A DNA stretch of 64,000 nt from Octopus sinensis (lineage: Eukaryota). Location: the NCBI RefSeq assembly GCF_006345805.1, contig NW_021829832.1, positions 558,001 through 622,000 on the forward strand, in the 5' to 3' direction. Positions 1-13,650 of the stretch are shown piece after piece. The position numbers and the translations under genes were made by a program. The stretch's first letter is position 1. Every line of letters begins with the position of its first letter. The notes below the pieces were generated by a model. The model saw only the letters and a list, made by a program, of their open reading frames with translations, was not told the DNA's origin and did no database searches.

Positions 1-1900
1 ACAAACGTATAAGCAGACCATTTGAGGAGCAATTGTTGAGCAGCGTTTTCTAAAGCATTCTGAGTCGAATGTGGAGCCAAAACCACGTCAACGATGTCTT
101 CAAGCCACGTCGCCCACTGTTCTATACTTGTAAACTGCGACAATGCAAGTGAAAATTTTCCTTGAATTTGCTGTACAAAGTCGCTTTTACAATGCGACAG
201 CCAAATCATTTGTTCCTAATATATTTGAGTTTATATGAACTTGGATTTCAGCGAGATCAATTTGGGAAATTTCGGCGGACATGACTTTGAGCTGGTCGTG
301 ATCTTCGAGTATTCCTTTTGTCGCTTTCGCCAGATGTTGAAGTTTGGTGTGTCTCCTCAATGTTTCCGCAAACGCAGCCACCGCATTTGACTAACGAAAT
401 TAATTTATACACAAACTTTAAGTGAAATTAGTGTTTTGTTTAATTTAGTGGGAAATAAGACAGAATCGAGCTCATCTTTGATGGATTTTGCGAAGAGTCG
501 AATATCTTGTACTTTTGAACCTACATTGGTTTATAAAATCGAGAGACCTGTCTCATGTAATACGTCCGGAACGAATATGGACACAATGTGTTGGTATAAC
601 ACACAGTCTGCTTGATAGACGTAGTTTATGACCTCCTCGTAAGACATTAGTTCGTAAAATCTATCAAGTGGCATTCTATAATTGAAACTAAACGCATTAC
701 CTTTTGAAATTGGACCAAAAATCCTCCCAAAGTGAAGGAATCCGTTCAAAGTTAAATTTTACAAAAACTTGTTTGATTTCCTGTTTTTGAGCATAGTTAA
801 ATTTACAGTGCAATGCTGTCTATAAACGGATTCAAAAACGTCCAGACTTTCCTTAATATTTTTACTAATCACGGAATTCTCAATTTTTTGGAAAGGCGGG
901 ATTTCCTCAGACACATCCGGGAGTTTTCTAGGTGTATAGTTCCTGGCCGAAAGATAAGGCATTTCATTTGAAGTTGCGCAAAGAATGACTTGTCTTGGGA
1001 AATTACTGTTATTTTTTGGTCTACAAAATATGTAAACACGAATACTGGCTGAGAATGCGATATGAACGTTTAGTTGGGATAACCTCTTCTATTCGATTCA
1101 ATTTAGAATTTGGTTTAAGTCTTATGCCATAATAGTGGTATTTAGAATTTCCCCTGCCAAATAATCGATTTTTGATGACCTAGTGCCTAATCTTCGTGTA
1201 CGCAGTCCCAAGAACACAGAACGAATCAATTTTCCGAAAGATGCCTGATTCATTGGAGGAAGATTCATTTCAGCACAGTGAGTTTTGTAGTGATAGTAGA
1301 GAGTGCAGCGAGGAAGACTGACTCCATCAGCTGTTTCGTAATTATCTAAGAGCCAGGTGACCTTCCGTAGTGAGTATAATCATATACCGTTGTCGAGGAG
1401 GAACGAGATGAATTGCTGGAATATGATGGATAAATTTCTTGATGTTTTACAGGATAGTTTTTACTGTTTACAAATTGAGAGTATTTTTGTTCATTTTGAT
1501 TAGTGTAAACAGGGGACGAAAACGTCTGAAATATAGTGATCAAATAAAACATGATTATAAAACTCGTCTGCGTATATCATCGGTTGATTAAATTCGTAGG
1601 ATCGTCTAATTTTTAATTATAAATAATTCACCGCTTATCCGTCCTATCGAAGACTTCTACTGAAGGCGTAGAACAGAACGTACTCGCACTAATGAGTTTA
1701 TCACGTTTACAATCCATTGAAGATTTACTCACTGAATATTTGTTACATGTATATACACATACTCTGATTGATATAGTTCATCTCTGAATTCTCATGCAAC
1801 GTGTTTGTGTCGAGAACGAATGGAGAATTTCTTTTATTCTTAGCAGTAACATGATTAGTGATACCAGAGATAAACCGTAAAAGTTTGATTGCATATATGC
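1..1900 (-). CDS. RFX: RFX-family winged-helix transcription factor, multi-exon; 3' end runs off the window, 5' exons approximate
   Basis: Splicing 26-nt introns (e.g. 1154-1179) gives VTWLLDNYETADGVSLPRCTLYYHY...[38 protein letters not shown] (RFX DNA-binding domain). ORF 187-381 AFAETLRRHTKLQHLAKA matches the RFX dimerization region. Confidence 0.93.
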
Positions 1901-2963
1901 TGGATTCGTTATATTCTATAAAATATAATTTATTTACATATTTATGATACTGCTCTAATAAGGGGTTATGTTTAAAAATAAAAAAAACTTAAAGGTATCA
2001 TGGATATAGTTGACAGGTTACAGGGAATATGCATGGCGAGTTACAATGGAAATAGTTGCGTAGATATAGTCGGCAGCTACTAATGATGGAACTAGGCAAC
2101 ACCTTCTATATAAATGTGGTTTTACCACCGCATATATCATGAAAATAATAATTATTAATTTTTATAATAACAAACGAATTAACCTACTGTCAATAAGAAT
2201 TATTTTTCCAGTTTTTTGAGCAAGATCGTCGTTCATTCGTTATTAAAAAAGTAACTAATCATGTACAAAATTAATTTTGCTTTTTCAAAATCTTATAATG
2301 CTTATTCTTGGAAATGATAGTCAAAATATAAAATAATTTCACTTTCATTTAGTAATTATAAATAATATTTTGAAATGAATTAAACAAAATTATTAAGTGT
2401 TTTAAATGATTTTAATTGCACTATTTTAATAGTTTATTAGTGACTATTGTTAGTAAAAATGAGTGGCTATTGAAAGAAAGGAATATGTTTTTGAATTTTT
2501 TAGTCGAAATTAAACTAAACAAAATAAAACTAAATTGATTGCTGTTTAAATAATTTAAAATTTTTTTACTGGGAAAAACAAACCAAATCGAATACTATCT
2601 AAAATGCATCAGAATCATGAAGAAAATATTTAGTTATATAAAACTATTTTTACCTATCCAAAACGATAAAAAATATTTGAAGACACCCGCCGATAGAGGT
2701 CATACGTCAAATCTTTTGTAGCAATAAAAGACGACCCAGTTGATGAACATTGTCGGTCGTCTCAAAAGATTTCAATGTAACATGGCTATAGTCACAATAT
2801 CTACAATACTAGAGTTTGCATATAATTAAAAATATATTGACTAACACCACCCTTAGAATATACAAACACAGATATAATCTGTATGAAATAAAAAACAATG
2901 TTTCCTGATGAAGAGAGGTTTAAAATCAACATTATTATATTTATAATGAAATGGTGGAATTCA

Positions 2964-3987
2964 CTATCTACGACTTCTATGTTTCTTCCTCTCCCGTGAC
3001 TCGTCTTTCTTCCTTTTACTACTCCTCTCATCTCGACTCGAATCACTGGACCTCCTTCTCTTTTTCCTTTCTTTATGTCTACGAACATCTCCCAAAGCAA
3101 ACAATACTTGCTCGTCTTGTTAGAAGAAACGTCCGATCTATGCATTAAACAGCTCAAACAACTGAGGAACTTTGGCGGGAGGCGGAAAACGAGGATTAAG
3201 CTCAGGAGGGAGCATTGGCGGATGGAATGAAAGAGGTCGGACTCCAAAACGAGGACCCATAAAATTGTTTGGGTAAATATGCGGTCCTCCGGGAAAAAAG
3301 GGCGCCTGTAACCTGTGGAAATCAAGGGAAGTAGATCCAGGAGGTGCCATCACTAAATATAAAAAATGCAAAAACTAGAAGGCGGGTTCATTAGAGGTTC
3401 AGGTACTCTAAAATATAGAATCACACCCAAACAGCATAGAATCGGAGTTGAGAACCATAATTCCGTCAGATTGAGCCATAAGACCCTCCCTCTGGAGTTT
3501 GGAGGACTGGGATAATTAGATCACTCAACCTCCAGTCTCATTCTCTTTTGTTTTTCTCGATATATATTCCACGTCTCTTCCACAAACCCATAATTAAAAT
3601 AATCCGTAATATCAGCCCCTTAAAGAATATATTTGGCAGTTACCTGGTTTATTCCAGGGTCTGTCGTCCACACTGACTGGATCCAAATCATACAGCAACA
3701 TATTCTTGTAGTAAGGCTCTGATTGCTCAGTTTTCATTTCCCCCCGTTCTGTTGTCCTTGGTCGTCTGAAGTTGGAATAAAAATTTACTCGAATGGGGTA
3801 GTCCCGACTTCACCGATTGTTATTGAAATGTCGCCTTCGGAGTCAAAATCGTCAATATTTCCAAAATCATCTTTGTGTTCCCCAATGAGCTAATTTATAG
3901 AGAAATCGTCTTTACATCGTCGTTGTGCATTGAATCTAGCAACCCCATTGAGTCGCTTAAAGTCGGAATTTGTTCATCTCCATTCAT
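2964..3987 (-). CDS. FIP1L1: Pre-mRNA 3'-end processing factor FIP1-like, multi-exon
   Basis: Spliced translation contains [36 protein letters not shown] (Fip1 motif), then a Pro-rich segment and an RS/K-rich tail. ATG at 3987, TAG at 2964. Confidence 0.88.
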
Positions 3988-4252
3988 TTTAGTCCCCACT
4001 TCAATAACACAAGACGAATAAATATCCTATTTTTTAATTTTTTTTCTATTTATAAATTTAAATAAAACTTTATTTTAACTTAATTGTCCTTCTTTTATGA
4101 ATTAAAAATAGAAATTGTTATTTTTAAACATATTGTTTCGTTCTAGACAACCTTGAAAAACGTGTAGATCTTTCAAAGGCATTTATGGAATAAGTTGGTA
4201 AAAAACTTGTAACGAACAAAGGATTAAATTGTTATTTTAGTGTAAGAAGCAA

Positions 4253-5714
4253 TTATTCTCTGGCAATTTTTGAGGCAAAACTGGTCAGAGCAATGCTAAA
4301 GGCCTGGACAGGAGTGAACGGGTATTTGAAATCAAGGGAAAACTTGTTTGGCGATACTTTTCCAAATTGAAGAATAACATTATCAGCTGTTAATAATCAA
4401 CAAAACTTTTCTAACGTTCATCAGGTTTTATCAATTGAAAATTCTTGATAGAAGCCTGACTGACACGTCCATAGAAGTTTAAAATATACGATTTGTAGTC
4501 TTTTAATTACATTTAAGTTAATAAACCTTCACTCCAAACTGGAAATTTGTTAATAAAACGTTCTGTAATTGGTGGATTCTTTGAATCCGTATATTTTAGC
4601 ATTGTAGGAATGATCGCCTGTATTTTCCTTGGCCCGTTGAGCCCCAACAAATTGTATCCCTGCATAAATATATAAAACAGATTCACATAATAAATAGTCG
4701 CCAGCTCTGTCCCTTCATTCCCTATGAACTCGAATTTTGTGCACATCAGATTAGCCCTGGGAATTAATTTTTTACTGTACTTTAGTTTGCCAATATAAGA
4801 GGAATCATTTTTATAGAGACTTACGGGATCTGCAGATATAATATAACTGATTTTTGTTGTTTTTTTCCTTTTTCTGGCTGCCAGTAAAAAGAGCTAAGCA
4901 AAAAAATCGACGGGATACTTTTTTGCCATTGATGTTTTCGTGGTAGAGAACGTACACTGGATATATAGCTCGATCCAGACCATTGACATCTCTTGTGATT
5001 TGACATTTGAAGGTGATCTCAGACTTGATTATTGGGCGAAATACAAAGCTCGGCACATCTTCAAGTTCGTTCATTTTAATATCATTTGGATCCTATTTTA
5101 TCATCATCTTTAATATAACTTGGCTAGAGAATTCATCTTGGTTTGTTGTCGTGTTTTCAGGAAATATTTTTAAATCTTGCTGATTATTGGTCGGTTTCTC
5201 CTTTTTTTGGTTTTTTTTCCTCGGCGAGCTGATTTTATCAGGCAATTCTAAGTGAGTTGACAGAGGTTCTTCTGAATTTGATTTGCTCAGTTGTGTTTCA
5301 ATTTTTGTTCGTTCATCGATATCATTTTTACTTGTTAATAATTTTCAGTAATTTACATTGAAGGTGTGTTATCAACTGTGTTTATTTCTTCAATTTGGCT
5401 TGTTTCTGAAATATTGTTCATTTTATCGTCGTCATGAGAAATTTCAAGTGCAGCTGATGTAATAATTTTTACTGGATGAGAACTTTCTTTTATGGTTGAA
5501 ACTAAACAGTCACAAGAGAGTAAATATACTGGTTTGAGGAGAATCTTCTGGATCAATTTCGTGCTCACTGTCCTCAGTATATTCAAGTATTTTAGATTTA
5601 TTGTTTGACTTTTTTAGTTTTTTTTGATAAGATGAAATCTGTGTACTTAAATATTCATAAAATATATACAAAGGAGTCCATTTTATTCCTTCTAAAATTC
5701 CATTCTTCTTCCAT
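4253..5714 (-). CDS. TUB: Tubby/TULP family protein, multi-exon
   Basis: FVFRPIIKSEITFKCQITRDVNGLDRAIYPVY, LNGPRKIQAIIP and C-terminal DNVILQFGKVSPNKFSLDFKYPFTPVQAFSIALTSFASKIARE* are Tubby-domain hallmarks. 5' exons are joined via 24-28 nt introns; the start is inferred. Confidence 0.9.
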
Positions 5715-6469
5715 TGCGAAATTCTAGCAACAAAACTAAATTGATAATCTCTGCGTTTCTATGGATTTTTAAGTACGCAGCATGTTATAAAAATTTGTAA
5801 AATAAATTTTATAAATAAATATTAAAAATTACATCTTGATTTAAAATTGTGACTTATTTTATACTTATAAATTTGACTCATAATATAACTTTTTTCCGCC
5901 TGTAAAGCAGCTTTCTGTCAATGAGGTATGTTGGCTCGATAAAAGATTGGTAAAATCATCGGATTTATTTCATTAATTAACTAATTTGTGGTTAATAAAT
6001 TTTGTTATAATAAAACAATGGATATTGTTAGCTGTAACTGTTGTGCCGTTTTATTTCAGCAATTTTGATAATCCAGGCTTTATAGTACATTTTTAACAAT
6101 TTACCAGTGACCTCAGATTTTAAGAGAAAATCACTAAAAATAACTTTTTAAAAGATAAGAAAACTAAACATAAAGTAAATACATAAAGACATAGCTTGAA
6201 CATTACAGTTTGATGACTGATTTTCCAAATTGTCAAAAAAATTTTCCATTTGCCATCCTGCAAAAATACATTTAAAATAATTTTACTTACTAATTCGCAA
6301 TCTTTGACCATTTTGTTTTTTAGCTATCCAAAAAATAGCTCTATAAACACGGATGTTCAAGAAAATAATTTTAATTTCAGGAAATTAATTAATGACTATA
6401 TTCATATTCTTTGAAATTATGTGATACGTTAATAATTGAATTTATTAACAGATTCAGTACTCACGTGTG

Positions 6470-8588
6470 ATGCTAAAAGTAATATTTGCCCTTATTTTAT
6501 GTCAAGTTAATCCTGAACATCAATTTTATGCTGGACAAGCAGATACAATAATTTCCTTCAGCATTCCGAAATTGACTGAAATGAGTTGCCCTGGCAAATC
6601 TATCAGCCAACTCATCAATATTACGGAAATCCAATTGATGATTAACGTAACTAATTTCGGAGCAGCATTTCAATCAAACTGTTATAGTTATTATAACTCT
6701 ATGGAAAATGCCCTAAATCTCAAATTACACACAGACTTGCAGAAATTAAATATTCCAGTAGTGATCGAGTTGGGAGCATCTGCACTCACTTCAAAAATGA
6801 CTTCTATTTACTCGGAATTGGAAATTTTGCACTTAACATCAGATTTCTTTCTGACTCCAATATCTGAGAAATTGGTAAACTATATTTCTCCTGCGGAAAG
6901 TCGATCTAGTTCGATTATCGAGTTTTTATCCCACGGAGAATCAATTACAGTTATATACGACTTAGAAGAATATTCGAAAAGCATATTCGATCATTTTATA
7001 GCAAAAATTACTAATCAAATTTACATCAACGATAAAATAGTGGCGGAAACGCTTGAAAATGTATGCGATCTAAATAATAATGAAATTATCGTGATATTTC
7101 TCACAGATCAAAATGTGGAATTATTGCTTGAAAATGCAAAGGGAGATTGCAGTGATATTTCACTACTGGTTGGGACTAATAATGAAGAGAGCTTATTTTA
7201 TGAAAAATACAGTCATTTCAAAAATATTTTTCTAGTAAAAAAAACTTTTCGACAATTAAAAAATGACTTTTTATCCACTACAAACATTGTAATTCAAATA
7301 ATGACCAATTGTTACGAAAATGGATGCGAAGGCTCATTAGAAAATAAATGTCAGAATTTTTCATTAATTAAAGAGTGTTTTTCGAAGCTTACTAAAAAAC
7401 ATTACATTACAAACGAAATTGACTTTTTGAAAATAAATGGAAACTATGCGTCAAAAATCGGATCACAACGAGACACGGATACAATTTTCGACATTGATAT
7501 TAACACGTTTCTGACCTGGAAATGTCGAAAGAAGTGCAAAAATGGAGAAATGAAACAGCCGAACGTCTATAACAACTGCTGGAAATGCGAAAAGTGCAGC
7601 AACGAAACTATTTTAAAAGAGAACTCATGTCAGAATTGCCCAGTTGGTCAGCAGCCTAACGAAGAGCAGTCAAAGTATGCTCAGTTATTGCAAACCGTAG
7701 ATGCTTAGATATACAGCTAAATCATCTCAGTTTAAAATTTCCTTTCTTTGCCATTTTGTATGCCGGTAATTTAATATTCCTTGCGGAATTATTGGTGGTC
7801 TCAGGGCTGTATTTCAAGAATTGGACACATCCTTTGATTAAGGCATCTGGAAGAGAAATGATATCAATTGTGATTTTAGGGATGTTGATACTCCTCATAA
7901 ATCACATATTTATTATAATAAAGCCATCAGAATTATTTTGTCTGGTAATGTATACTACTTGGAGTTTTAGTATTTAATTAATTCAGATTTTTGCTTATTG
8001 GTGCTAATCTTAACTGCAGTACTTTTTAGATCGGCACGACTTTTTTATATATTTAGAGCAAAAAATATAAACGAATCCAGACTAATGAAAATTATTACTT
8101 CTGGAAAATATTTGATTCTGTTCAGCATTCTACTGGCACTAGTTCCGGTACGATGATTATAATGTATGCAGATTATTGTAAGAATATCAGTGAGTATCGG
8201 ACAATCGTATGTACAAAAGGATTTTAATACGAAAATTGTAATTTGCATGTATAATATCAGCACTGCATTCAGCCTTTTCTTTCTTTCCCTTATTTTTGTC
8301 ATCAACTCGATCACTTTGTATTTCACTTTCAAGTCGAGATCAATTCCGGCAAACTTTCGGGAAACTTTTTTTATTTTTATGGTTACAATTCTGTCGCAAA
8401 TTTTACTTATTGTATATTTCGTGATTTCTGAGCTGACTCTTGATTCGTACAACAAATATGTTCAGTACTTATTTCAAAAACTTCTCTTCAATGTCATGTC
8501 CTTCAACTTTATCGTCTTTAGTCGTATTTACGGAGTCTATTTCGTCGGCAAAGATGATATCCACATTAGAGACTATAGCACAAACTAA
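6470..8588 (+). CDS. Class C GPCR (metabotropic glutamate receptor-like): signal peptide, divergent ectodomain, Cys-rich NCD3G domain, 7TM
   Basis: NCWKCEKCSNETILKENSCQNCPVGQQPNEEQSKC (NCD3G); HPLIKASGRE and IPANFRETFFI 7tm_3 motifs. The three ORFs join in frame through 26-, 23- and 24-nt GT-AG introns. Confidence 0.85.
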
Positions 8589-8738
8589 CATACTAATCAC
8601 ACTTTTTAAATAAATTTGATAATATTTAACCTTTCTTCCACAAGCTAGCAATCCACGCAATTTCCCCTATCAATGTCATCTATAATTTCCTACAATTATG
8701 GGAAAAGCGAAAAAATAAATTGATTTAACAAAAATGTC

Positions 8739-9912
8739 TCAAAATGAATGTTTTAATGCATTTCCCACAGCAGACATCTCCAAATCCACAACTCTCTGTC
8801 CCAACAAGCCCACATACTCAACCAATTCATCCATCTTGCGACACTGGGCCGACAGCATTTCAGCCAAGCCACCATCGTCGGCACTGACCTCAACCCTTGT
8901 CTTTGATACATTCACCTTTAACTCGTCAATAGGCACCTACCATTCCAAACTACCAAAACCTGAAAGTTGTGCCAATTATTGACAAGCTGATACGACTGCT
9001 TTATCTGCATAGTCACCTCATCGGGAGGATCCCTCGTAGACATGAGGGACACCACACGACTCAGTCGACAGGCAAGTCGATCCTTCCGTTGTGAGAGACC
9101 ATTCAATGCACTGTTCGCTGAGTAAAGTCCTCGGTTTATATTCTTTAGACGATCAGAGATATTCTAAAATAACAAATAAGACATTACCGCGATTCTCTCA
9201 CTGTGAAGACAAATTCTTTTCTTTTGGAGAAAAGAACGACGGGAAAGTTCTGCCAAACTGAACACACTCGTCAAAATAACACGTGATTTTCGCGGATTTT
9301 TATCAAAGGCCTCTTTCCACTCAATATTTGAGAAGCCTGAAAATTTCAAGAAAAAACAACCTTCTTCTCCACGGAGATTATGTTCTCGAACATTCTCTTC
9401 CGTGATTCCGCGACATTTAAAACAACTGAAAACGGTGAGGTTTTTCAACTGGTTGATTATGGACTGAGTCGAATTTATTCTCTGCAACAACAAATCAGCA
9501 GAGATTGTCTCATTTCCACTCCTGCAGTGAAATGTGACCACCGTCCTACAATCATGACTGTCCCTTACGAGCTTGGAGACAATTCTTCAATAGAAAGGAC
9601 ATGAAGGGTCGCCTGAGAATTGTACGTGATTATATTCGCAAGTCGATTTTCCACTGTCTCTGCTATTTGGTGGCTGGGGAGACTGAAAAGGAGACTGACC
9701 TCCCCTTCTGAGGATTTCTTGAGGTCGACCTGGTTGTAACAAATTCCCTGGGTGTTAGGGAGTGTGGGTACTTTAAAAATCTGTAATAAATTGTTTCTGG
9801 GGAAGAGAACACACTTTCCCTGTTCGTATAGTCCTCTTCCAGTCCCGATTGAAGCCAGGTAACAGTTAAGCAGTGTTAGTACTCTGTCACGACTGTCTTT
9901 AAACTCTGTCAC
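8739..9912 (-). CDS. Hypothetical multi-exon protein with C-terminal coiled-coil-like segment
   Basis: Consecutive minus-strand ORFs (9565-9912, 9164-9541, 8918-9106, 8739-8936); the first two join via a 23-nt GT-AG intron. No family recognised. Confidence 0.55.
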
Positions 9913-10303
9913 TGATTTACATGCACGTAATATGTCTGAAATATTTTTAGAAACCGCTATAGGGTCTAAATTGGAATTTGTAGAGTACTTTGAGGTTGAC
10001 TTTGGGTATTAAGTCCAAAATTGAACATATGGACCTACAAGAATGCACTTTTTCAAAAGTTTATTTATTAAATATCATATTTTTATTTAATAAATCTAAT
10101 TATAAAAATTAATAGTTCGATTGATTCTTAATTTATTGTTATATCGATAACGCATTCCACGCAAAGATAGAATCGAGTTGCTTAAATTCTTATTTAATTA
10201 GAGAAATCAATATTTAAATTTCTAATAAAAGATAAAAAAAAATTTCGAAAAATAGAATTAAAATAATTAAATAAAATCTGAAAGAAAGTGTTTTTGTGTT
10301 GCC

Positions 10304-10800
10304 ATGTCTGACCTTAATGACCTTTGTTCGGATTATTCGTTGTTTAAAGTGATCCCTTGAAATATCAAAGTAGGAATATTTGAGGAATTCAAGAAAGTCT
10401 GACGACCTTCTAGTCAATGCATTTAACGCCTCTGCCGATGGAGTAAACGCCCAGGCAGAGTGTTCAAGTCTGTTCTCGAGACTCCAGAACTCCCACCAAA
10501 CTCGTATCCACATGATCGACACGTGTACTAACCAGTCATCGGAAAACCTTATCCGTCTTAAAAAGGAACGAGAGAATAATCAGGAGGACTCCAATACCCA
10601 GAAAAGACTGAGAGCCAGTCTTTATAGGGTAATCAGCAATTTTGAGCCTTTTTAGTTTAATAATATTGCCAATGAGAAAAATGTGGAGGAAATCGTGCTT
10701 TCCAGTTATTATAAGGTTTCCGTGTTTTGTGTTTTTGCAGACTTTTTATGGGCGGTGTAAGAATTTTTATCTTCCACCAGAACTGGAGCACTATCACTAA
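10304..10800 (+). CDS. MIX23: Mitochondrial intermembrane-space protein MIX23/CCDC58 homolog, 4 exons
   Basis: Spliced: MSDLNDLCSDYSLFK-EYLRNSRKSDDLLVNAFNA...AQAECSSLFSRLQNSHQTRIHMIDTC...KRLRASLYR-FNNIANEKNVEEIVLSSYYK-TFYGRCKNFYLPP*. This aligns by eye along the whole of CCDC58 (introns of 25, 27 and 25 nt). Confidence 0.85.
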
Positions 10801-10951
10801 TTTTGATGTCTTAATTGTTTTTGAATATTATTTTTGATGATTTTTGTTTTATTATTTATTTGTTTAAAATTGATTTTTTTATTTACGAATAGAGATATGA
10901 AATAGTATCTTTAATTTTCAAGCGATTTTTTGTTTATTGTGTAACTATGAA

Positions 10952-12073
10952 ATGTTAAGAGATGCGCCTTCCGATTTTCGTGTCACCGATACTCCCGATG
11001 AGTCCCATTCTTCTGCGGCATCGCTTCCTCCATCTCTCGAAACTACCCAACATAACTCAAATCTGGACATTCCTACCGTATTAAATAATTTTAGCAGTTA
11101 TATGCCTATCGGATATTTCGGAGATAGACCGACCATCCCTAATATTCATGGAATGTATCATTCTTCCTCATTAAACCACGTTCAACAAACACAGAACTAC
11201 GCTCCTGTATTTATGGAAAACTACCAACACTCATTCCCATCTTACTACTGCGAACTAAAGCCTGATTTGCGAAACAGTTACTCGGAACAGTACAGAAATG
11301 ACTTGTACAGTCACGACCAAAGCTACTCGGGAAAGGACTCTGTGGACTCGGACGGGCCATGTGGGGGGTCGGAGGAGATAAATACGCGGGAATTGTCTAT
11401 GCAAATCATTGCCGAGTTGAAAAGATTCAGCATTCCTCAGGCAATATTTTCAAGTCGAGTGCTGCGGAGGAGTCAAGGAACTCTCTCTGATTTATTAAGG
11501 AACCCAAAGCCGTGGAGTAAACTAAAATCAGGCCGAGAGACCTTCCGGCGAATGAGAAGGTGGATCATGGAACCAGAAAATGAGCGAGTGACTCAGCTAA
11601 GAGATGCAGGTTTTATTAAGTATTGATTATGACATATTCGATTAGTTATATTGATTATATATGTTGGCAATTAGTCCAGCAATATGCTCTCATAACAGTG
11701 CCATATGTTAACTTTCGTAGTGCTCCACAGAAAGGATTTGGACCACCATCACCATTCCAAGAGGAGTAATACTAATAAGAAGCCCAGACTTGTGTTTACT
11801 GACTACCAACGTCAAACACTCAATGATGTCTTTAAGGACTGTCGACGCCCCTCCAAGGAGATGCAGACCACTCTTGCCACAAATCTGGGACTGGAAGTTA
11901 CTACTGTCGGCAATTTTTTTATGAATGCCCGACGAAGGAGTGTCGACAAATGGAATGACGACCCCCTGAAAGAGGATCATCCATTTTTGGCATCTTCTAT
12001 CAACACGGACTTTCCCCAACTGTTTCATAAGGAACACACATTAAGTCACGTAGATAATCTTAATGACCAATAA
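10952..12073 (+). CDS. ONECUT: ONECUT (CUT + homeodomain) transcription factor; intron 11610-11720
   Basis: CUT domain EEINTRELSMQIIAELKRFSIPQAIFSSRVLRRSQGTLSDLLRNPKPWSKLKSGRETFRRM, plus the atypical homeodomain KKPRLVFTDYQRQTL...VGNFFMNARRRSVDKW. Confidence 0.96.
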
Positions 12074-12784
12074 TAATTCTTTTATTTAGAAATGATAGTC
12101 TTTCTCGTCTGTACACGTTTTCTCTGGATATTAGACTTTCTTTCATGTTATCGTGTTTTAAATAGTCTATTGGATGGCATGTCGGATTAATGCGTCTACT
12201 ATCATCAATTAGTATGTTCAGGCATGGTAATGTATAGATACGACTTAAGTAATTATTCAGGTATTTCCTATTCGTTCACATAAATTCAACGACGTGATTC
12301 ATTAGTATTCTTAATTATAAAATACAATAAAATTTCGCCGTAAGATATCAATTATTCACAGTAGGAAACTGTCGTGAAAAATGGAATAAAATTTCGTGAA
12401 GAATGCTTTAAAATTTAAAGTTTAAATTAATAAAAAACATACTAAACGCAATAATTGTTGCAATAGTTCATGCAACAAAATATTAATGGTGTACTATGAT
12501 AACAATTTTTTTATAAAAAACACTAATAAATCAAAAAATGGTAATATCTTAACCAATTATTAAAATTTTAGGGATATAAAAATATTTTCAATGTGATGAA
12601 ACTGTTTAATTTTGTAAAAAATGATTAATGCTAAAACTACTTTATCTTTAAATAAAAACATGTAGAATATTAAAATTTATCAACTGGTGCTATGACTTTT
12701 CTGAAACCACGGTAAATAATATGCCTGAATCAAAGAAAAGAACATTTTAGTTTTTGTTTAAGTTTAAAAAAGTGATAAAAGATT

Positions 12785-12895
12785 AATCGAAGGGAAGGCC
12801 AGCAGCCTGGCAGATCGCCAAACTGTTCCTCCGGATAACGACGATCGAGAACCGTCGGAATAGCCAGTCCACCTCCCGAGGAGTTGTAGAATAAA
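12785..12895 (-). mobile_element. CRE-clade non-LTR retrotransposon, short 3' fragment
   Basis: PREVDWLFRRFSIVVIRRNSLAI matches the CRE C-terminus seen at 50891-51127 (PRESKWLFERISLAIVRGNCVSI). Confidence 0.7.
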
Positions 12896-13036
12896 ATTGT
12901 GTTGCTGCACTAAAATATGAAAAATTTTGTTTAATTATTTTATATTTCAAAATAAAATTGCTGTTGATGCACAAAAATATGAAAAATTATTCAACTTTTT
13001 CAAATACGAGTACGACTAAACTGGCTCCATTTTCCA

Positions 13037-13090
13037 TTACAACTTCCAGTACTTTCACTACAACTTTAACACCAACCACTACTACAACAA
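13037..13090 (+). repeat. Thr-rich module, inverted homolog of 20590-20655
   Basis: ACAACTTCCAGTACTTTCACTACAACTTTAACACCAACCACTACTACAACAACTACTAGTCCGA is a near-exact reverse complement of the end of the 20389-20660 array. Confidence 0.75.
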
Positions 13091-13354
13091 CTACTAGTCC
13101 GATCACAACTCTTTACTTTTCTATGAGTGAGTAGTAGAATAGTGTAGGTTTTACCAGTAGATTGTAGAGACGAACGTCCAGTACTCTGCGGGCGAACCAT
13201 GTTTTTCTCAGTGTGTCTAGTGTGGCGTAACGCTTTAAACTAGATAAACGGCATTTCTAGTCATCATGTTAGGCATGCCTTATATCACAAGTGCCCTAAC
13301 AATTCTGACAGTCTATTTTTACCTATCAATAAAAAATTAAATTTGTTTACAAAA

Positions 13355-13650
13355 ATGGCATGGGAAGACGCGTCCGAAGAGACGACAGCAAATTGTTTCA
13401 AATTTTTGCATTAATCAGATAACGAAATTCTCAAAATGGATATAAATGATACAACAGTCTGAAGAACAGAAATTTTCGACCCTCTCAAAATTGAAGATTT
13501 TTTAAGCATCAAATATACAGAAATTGAAACATTTATTAAAAATCTAGATTCGTTAGAAGATTCAGAAAATAGTAAACGAGAATCTGAAAAAACAAGGCAT
13601 ATGGACAAAATGGATATTGCAGCTAGATTAACTGCAATAGAAAGAAATTA
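13355..13650 (+). pseudogene. Possible pogo/Tigger transposase C-terminal remnant
   Basis: AWEDASEETTANCF resembles the AWxxVxxxTIxNCF motif; stop-disrupted. Confidence 0.35.
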
